Source: an uncultured delta proteobacterium (lineage in GTDB: Bacteria > Desulfobacterota > Binatia > Binatales > Binataceae). From it: a DNA stretch of 64,000 nt. The DNA lies in the NCBI GenBank assembly GCA_963789115.1, contig CAWBJH010000002.1, positions 174,414 to 238,413 on the forward strand. Reading direction: 5' to 3'. The notes under the pieces were generated by a model. The model was not told the DNA's origin and ran no database searches. It saw only the letters and a list, made by a program, of their open reading frames with translations. The position numbers and the translations under genes are program-made. This document shows positions 58,928 to 64,000 of the stretch, piece after piece; the stretch's first letter is position 1; the number at the start of each line of letters is the position of its first letter.

Positions 58928-59331
58928 AAGCCCGGTTTTCGCCGGCGCGGCGCACCGCCGGCAAGCACGGGTTGCGCTTTTCACTTTGCGCTTTTCACTT
59001 TGCGCTGCTCAGCGATAGTGCGCGCACGGCCGCGCTCAAGTCAGGTGTCTCGGATTGGCCGTCCCGGCGGCCACACTGTCCGCACTTGGGCCAGCGGATG
59101 TCCCGTTCGGCCCGGCAGAATTCCGCCCAGGATCGCCGAAGATATCGTGACCAGCGTCGCTTTGGGCCAAGCGTGCGGAAGGCTGCAAGTCTCCGCGCGC
59201 CGGCCCCCGGCAGGCTTCTATTTGATGTTATTTACGACAATGTGTATCTTTCGGCGCCATGGTCCGTCCTTTGCTCCGATGAGCCGGCATGTGTTGCGCA
59301 ATGGGTCTTGCCGCGGCCAAGGGAGGACCGT

Positions 59332-60528
59332 GTGGCTGAGCTCGAAGAGACTTCGCCCCAGGATGGCACGTCGGCGCCGGAATGGCTCGACCTCGACACG
59401 ATCGCCGGCGAAGCGGCGTATGTGTGCGGGATGGTGGTGCGGTCGGCGCATATGCGCGAGGTGCTGCGAACCATCTCGCGGCTGGGGCCCCATAAGGCCA
59501 CCGTCCTGATCCAGGGCGAGTCGGGCACCGGCAAGGAGCTGGTGGCGCACGCGCTGCACGTGATGGGCCCGGCGCCGAAGGGCCCGTTCGTCACCTTCAA
59601 CTGCTCCAACCTGGTCGAATCGCTGGCCGAGTCGCAGCTCTTCGGGCACGTGCGGGGAGCGTTCACCGACGCGCGGGAGGACTCGCTGGGCTATTTCCGC
59701 TCGGCCAGCGGCGGCACCCTGTTCCTGGACGAAATCGGAGACCTGCCGATCCAGCTTCAACCCAAGCTGTTGCGCGCTGTCGAGACCAAGGAGGTGCAGG
59801 CCGTCGGCTCCACCCGCAGCCATCATGTGGACGTGCGGCTGGTGGCGGCGACCAATCGCGACCTGCGGGCGATGGTCCGCAGCGGGCACTTCCGCGACGA
59901 TCTCTTCTACCGGCTCAACGCGACTACGATCACGATCGCCCCGCTGCGCCAGCGGCGCGACGCGATCCCCGCCTTGGCGGCGAATCTTATCGAGCAATGC
60001 AACCGCATGCTCGGCACCCAGATCAGGTTCCTCTCTCAGCGTACCCTGGCCGCGCTGTTGGCTTACGAATGGCCGGGTAACGTGCGCGAGTTGGCGCATG
60101 CGATCGAAAGCGCCGTGATGCTCGCCGAGCGCGACCGGATCGACGTCGGCCATCTGCCGGAGTTCGTGACCGCCGCCGCTCACGCGGCGGGAGCCGCGTT
60201 GAGTTCGGCAGAGGCCGAAGCATCGGGGAATGAAGCCCGTGAGTTCGCCGGCGAGGTCGCGCCAATCCCGACCGCGCCGGCGATCCCGGCCGCGGCGCCC
60301 TTTAGCCGCTCGCTGGATGAGGTGATAAAGCGGGCCCTGGTGCGTTCGCTCGAGGAGACCGGAGGCGATCGCCGCCGCGCGGCGGAAATGCTCAAGATCT
60401 CACGCTCGACGCTCTATCGGATGCTGGCGCGCTACGAGCTGCCCCATCTGGCGCGCCATCGCCCCGTCGTCATTGATCCGGTCGCGGCTGCACCACCCAC
60501 GACCGCATCCAAGCTGCCGACCGCCTGA
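59332..60528 (+). CDS. Sigma54-interacting AAA+ activator with Fis HTH and no sensory domain
   Basis: GESGTGKE, ESQLFGHVRGAFTDA, LFLDEIG, WPGNVREL, ISRSTLYR. Confidence 0.9.
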   Translation: MAELEETSPQDGTSAPEWLDLDTIAGEAAYVCGMVVRSAHMREVLRTISRLGPHKATVLIQGESGTGKELVAHALHVMGPAPKGPFVTFNCSNLVESLAESQLFGHVRGAFTDAREDSLGYFRSASGGTLFLDEIGDLPIQLQPKLLRAVETKEVQAVGSTRSHHVDVRLVAATNRDLRAMVRSGHFRDDLFYRLNATTITIAPLRQRRDAIPALAANLIEQCNRMLGTQIRFLSQRTLAALLAYEWPGNVRELAHAIESAVMLAERDRIDVGHLPEFVTAAAHAAGAALSSAEAEASGNEAREFAGEVAPIPTAPAIPAAAPFSRSLDEVIKRALVRSLEETGGDRRRAAEMLKISRSTLYRMLARYELPHLARHRPVVIDPVAAAPPTTASKLPTA

Positions 60529-60607
60529 TGGTCGCGACGCCCCAGCAAATTGCGCCGTTCGCGCCGGGTATGGAAAGCCCCGCGGTTTTGGATCAGAATT
60601 TTCCCCG

Positions 60608-60904
60608 ATGAAGCACCTATCGCGCGTGCTCGCCGCCTTCGCGATTGGGGCAGCGTTCGCCCTAATCGGCGCGGGAGAGGGCGAGCAGCCGCCTGCCGAC
60701 CTGGTCCGGCTCGAACGCGCGGTGGGACTCAAGGCCGCGCATGCCCGCGATGTCGGCCCCGTCGATCCGGAAAAGCGCAAGCTGCTCTCCGAGGCCGAGC
60801 AATCGGACCTCAAGGGCGAAGACGCTCTCAAGGCCGGAGACTATTCGGGTGCTCGCGACTACTTCACGCGTGCGATGGAGCTGCTGAGCAAGCTCGACGA
60901 GTGA
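60608..60904 (+). CDS. Small secreted helical protein
   Basis: Signal-like N-terminus and a TPR-like helix pair. Confidence 0.5.
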   Translation: MKHLSRVLAAFAIGAAFALIGAGEGEQPPADLVRLERAVGLKAAHARDVGPVDPEKRKLLSEAEQSDLKGEDALKAGDYSGARDYFTRAMELLSKLDE

Positions 60905-60968
60905 GCGATTCCTGCGTTTGTCGGCGACCGGGGTTTTGATAACTTCAAGTCGGGGAAAAAACTTCGAG

Positions 60969-62120
60969 ATGCCGGGTCCCGAACAGATCTGGGCGGAGGC
61001 GGCGCGCACGCTGGAGCGCGGCAAGCCTTTCGCGCTCGCGACCGTGATCAACGTGCGCGGCTCCACCCCGCGCGAAGTCGGGGCGAAGATGATCGTGCGC
61101 GAGGACGGGCAGTTCGGCACGATCGGCGGCGGATGCGGCGAGGCCGAGGCTTTCCGCAAAGCTAAACTATTACTTGAAGGCCAGGATCAGCCGCGCCTGA
61201 CCGAAGTCGACCTGACCGGCGACTTCGACCAGCAGGACAAGGCCACCTGCGGCGGTATCATGGACGTCTTTATCGACCTGTGGTCGCCTGAGCGGGACCT
61301 GCCGATGGCCAAGAGCCTGGCGCTGGCCGCGGCCGGCAGCGCCCCTGCCGCATTGCTGACCCTGGTCGTCCCCGGTGAGCCGGCGCGCGGCCCGGCCGGC
61401 GCGCGGCTGCTGATCGAGCCCGATCGCGACGAGCAGCCCGCCAGTCCAATCGAGCTTGCCCCTCGCGCCCTGGCTCAGCTTGCCGAACGCACGCGTGCCG
61501 CGGCGCCGGGCTTGTTGCAGCTCGACGACGCCGGCGCGCTCAAGGCCGTCACGCACGTCGAACGCACCGGCGCGCCGCGGCTGTTTCTCGATCCGGTTGT
61601 CGGCGCACTGAGAATGATAATCGTGGGCGCCGGCCATATTGGGCAACCGCTGGCCAGTCTCGGCACGATGTTGGGCTTTCACGTCACGGTGATCGACGAT
61701 CGCGCCTCGTTCGCCAATCGCGATCGCTTTCCGACCGCGGACCGGATAATCGTCAAACCTTTCGCCGCCGCGATCGATTCGCTCAAGCTCGACCGCTACT
61801 GCTGCCTGGTCGCGGTAACGCGCGGCCATTCCTTCGACGAGGAGGTGGTGCGCACCGCGCTCAAGCAGGCGTGCGGATTTATCGGGATGATCGGCTCGCG
61901 CCGGCGCGTCAAGGCGACCCTCGAGAGAATCCAGGCCGACGGTGTGGATCCCGCACTGCTCGACCAGGTCCACGCGCCGCTCGGGCTGGATATTGGCGCC
62001 GAGACGCCCGAGGAAATCGCGATTTCGATCATCGCCGAGATAATCCGCGAGCGCAGGCTCAAGGTGCGCGACCATCTCTCGCTGGGCGTCAAGCTCGGGC
62101 GCCTCAAGCCGTCCGCCTGA
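60969..62120 (+). CDS. xdhC: XdhC/CoxI-family Moco chaperone
   Basis: GSTPREVGAKM, GTIGGGCGE, CGG, GAGHI, TRGH, GMIGSRRR, GLDIGAETPEEIA. Confidence 0.9.
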   Translation: MPGPEQIWAEAARTLERGKPFALATVINVRGSTPREVGAKMIVREDGQFGTIGGGCGEAEAFRKAKLLLEGQDQPRLTEVDLTGDFDQQDKATCGGIMDVFIDLWSPERDLPMAKSLALAAAGSAPAALLTLVVPGEPARGPAGARLLIEPDRDEQPASPIELAPRALAQLAERTRAAAPGLLQLDDAGALKAVTHVERTGAPRLFLDPVVGALRMIIVGAGHIGQPLASLGTMLGFHVTVIDDRASFANRDRFPTADRIIVKPFAAAIDSLKLDRYCCLVAVTRGHSFDEEVVRTALKQACGFIGMIGSRRRVKATLERIQADGVDPALLDQVHAPLGLDIGAETPEEIAISIIAEIIRERRLKVRDHLSLGVKLGRLKPSA

Positions 62121-62125
62121 CGGTC

Positions 62126-62719
62126 ATGGAGATAGAAGCCATCCTGCTCGCCGCCGGCGAATCGAGCCGGATGGGGTATCCCAAGCCGCTGCTCAAGATC
62201 GGCGAGCAGACTTTTGTCGCCCGGCTGTGCGACCTGATGCTCTCGGCGGCTCGGCGGTTGGTGATCGTGCTCGGGGCCCATGCCGAGCGCGTGCGCGCCG
62301 CGATCGGGAATGACGGGAGGATAACCGTCGTCGAGAATCCCGATTACGCACGCGGACAGCTCTCCTCGCTCAAGACCGGGCTGCGCCAGCTCGGTCCCGA
62401 CTGCCGCGCGGTATTAGTTCACCTGGTTGACCATCCCACGGTCCGCCCGTCGACGTTCTGGGCGATGCTCGAGGCGTACTACCGGTCCGGCAAGCCGATC
62501 GTGATCGCGCGCTACCGGGGCCGCCGCGGCCACCCCGTGATTTTCGATCGCGCGGCATTTGCGGAACTCGAACGCGCGCCGGAAGGCGAAGGCGCCCGCA
62601 CGGTGGTCAACGCCGACCCTTCAAGGATCGAGTACCTGGACGTCGACGACCCGGGAGTGACGCTGGATCTCGACACGCCCGAAGACCTGACTCGGGCCGG
62701 CCTGCCGCCGCCACCCTGA
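62126..62719 (+). CDS. mocA: Molybdenum cofactor cytidylyltransferase-like protein
   Basis: ILLAAGESSRMG.PK, GQLSSL, GHPVIF, DLDTPED. Confidence 0.85.
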   Translation: MEIEAILLAAGESSRMGYPKPLLKIGEQTFVARLCDLMLSAARRLVIVLGAHAERVRAAIGNDGRITVVENPDYARGQLSSLKTGLRQLGPDCRAVLVHLVDHPTVRPSTFWAMLEAYYRSGKPIVIARYRGRRGHPVIFDRAAFAELERAPEGEGARTVVNADPSRIEYLDVDDPGVTLDLDTPEDLTRAGLPPPP

Positions 62720-62720
62720 A

Positions 62721-62814
62721 ATCCGCCCCGGTGTGGGTTCCTTCCGCGCCAACACTCTCGACCGTGTTGCCACTTTTGCCAGGCAACTCCACTTACACCC
62801 GGAAGCGGGCGGAT
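62721..62814 (+). other. Structured intergenic element
   Basis: Outer stem ATCCGCCC/GGGCGGAT, second stem with G-U pairs, two overlapping inner hairpins. Confidence 0.35.
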
Positions 62815-62858
62815 CGCAGAGCCATCGGCAGCGCCCGCGCGATGGCACGTCAGGCGCG

Positions 62859-64000
62859 TCAGGGATTGACGGCGGAAGCGTCGCTCTTCGCCAGTTGCGT
62901 CTTGAAGCTGTCCCAGTGCTTCAGGATGTCGACAGCCTTCTCGAGCTGAACATCCTTGGGCTCTTTGGCCTTGGCGCCCTCTACGCCTGGCTTGGCGTCT
63001 GCCGCTCCCGATGGCGGTGCGACTGCGGTGCCTGTTGGAGGGCTGACGCCGGATTTCTTGCCAAGCTGGCCGTTCTGGAAGTGATGCGGCAGGTCGCTTT
63101 CGTGGATCTCGGCATGCTCTTCGACCGCGCCGCCGGGAATCTCCAGCGCGGCCATCTGCTGCTTGGGAGGCTCGACTTCAACGTCGGGACCGACTCCGAC
63201 GGCCTGGATCGAGCGCCCATTAGGGGTGAAGTAGCGCGCCGTCGTCAGGCGCAGCGCCGACTTATCGTCAAGCGGCAGGATAGTTTGCACGGAGCCCTTG
63301 CCGAAGGTCTGGGTGCCGACGAGCATGGCCCGGCGATGGTCCTGAAGGGCGCCGGCGACAATCTCGCTGGCGCTGGCGGTCCCGCCATTGATCAGCACCA
63401 CCATCGGGTACTCGACATAGCTGTTCTTCTTGTGGGCAAAGTACTTCTGCCGCTGATTCTCGAGCCGGCCCTCGGTATAGACGATCATCCCGCCGTTGAG
63501 GAATTCATCGGCCACTTTGACGGCCTGGTTGAGCAGTCCGCCCGGATCGTCGCGCAGGTCGAGCACCAGCCCCTTGATCCTGCCCTTGTCATCCTTGGTG
63601 ATCTTGTCGAGCGCCTTCTCAAGGTCGTCGCCGGTGTCCTCCTGGAAGGTCGTGACCCGAACGTAGCCGATCCCGTCCTGGAGCTCGTTGGACTTGACCG
63701 ACTTGATCTTGATCACGTCGCGGGTCACGGCGACCGAGAACAGGTCGGGGACATCCTCGCGATGGATAGTGAGGGTGCACTTGCTGCCCCTGGGCCCGCG
63801 CATCCGCTTGACCGCCTCGGTCAGGGTCATGTCCTTGGTGAAGTCGTTGTCGATCTTGACGATCTGATCGTTGGCCTTGAGTCCGGCCTTGTAGGCCGGA
63901 GTGTCCTCGATCGGCGCGACCACGGTCAGCATCCCGTTCTTGATCGTGATTTCGATTCCGAGGCCGCCGAAGCTGCCGCGGGTTTCGACCTGCAGGTCGC
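62859..64000 (-). CDS. ctpA: S41 carboxyl-terminal protease, 5' end outside the window
   Basis: FGGLGIEI PDZ, LDLRDDPGGLL, TASASEI, TFGKGSVQ. Confidence 0.93.
   Translation of the reverse strand, partial: DLQVETRGSFGGLGIEITIKNGMLTVVAPIEDTPAYKAGLKANDQIVKIDNDFTKDMTLTEAVKRMRGPRGSKCTLTIHREDVPDLFSVAVTRDVIKIKSVKSNELQDGIGYVRVTTFQEDTGDDLEKALDKITKDDKGRIKGLVLDLRDDPGGLLNQAVKVADEFLNGGMIVYTEGRLENQRQKYFAHKKNSYVEYPMVVLINGGTASASEIVAGALQDHRRAMLVGTQTFGKGSVQTILPLDDKSALRLTTARYFTPNGRSIQAVGVGPDVEVEPPKQQMAALEIPGGAVEEHAEIHESDLPHHFQNGQLGKKSGVSPPTGTAVAPPSGAADAKPGVEGAKAKEPKDVQLEKAVDILKHWDSFKTQLAKSDASAVNP

Overview
High-GC bacterial chromosomal segment; gene style is compatible with a soil deltaproteobacteria-like lineage such as Ca. 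Binatota, but this is inference only. Housekeeping genes (arnT-like, cobB, pyrE, aroE, hrcA-grpE-dnaK-dnaJ, xdhC-mocA, ctpA) alternate with accessory blocks. (1) An IS630 sits in a signal-peptide gene, near an MqsR/MqsA-like TA pair. (2) Two tandem 14-blade Kelch lipoprotein paralogues differ mainly in predicted ligand-face loops and are followed by an SBBP lipoprotein. (3) A deletion-fused RHH/RelE + Phd/VapC TA locus. (4) A sugar-acid catabolic island with 37-bp direct repeats and gene fragments. (5) A RAYT/REP locus in which a passenger-carrying IS1595 element has inserted into a REP. (6) An ~11.5-kb redox cluster: a ba3-type oxidase divergent from porin + two cytochromes c + GltD/NfnB-like Fe-S flavoprotein + double cupredoxin-motif protein + Rieske + cytochrome b + pentaheme cytochrome c. 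This is the best candidate for an undescribed system. (7) A defence-like island: PD-(D/E)xK protein, SIR2-like protein, decayed AbiE and IS21 remnants. A dispersed MITE family (CAGGNTGCGGAAAAA ends, 4-bp CTRR target duplications) recurs and twice sits in frame in coding sequence. Several single-base frameshifts and two in-frame TAGs may be assembly errors or decay. No tRNA, rRNA or CRISPR array was seen. All calls come from reading motifs by eye; no database search was run.
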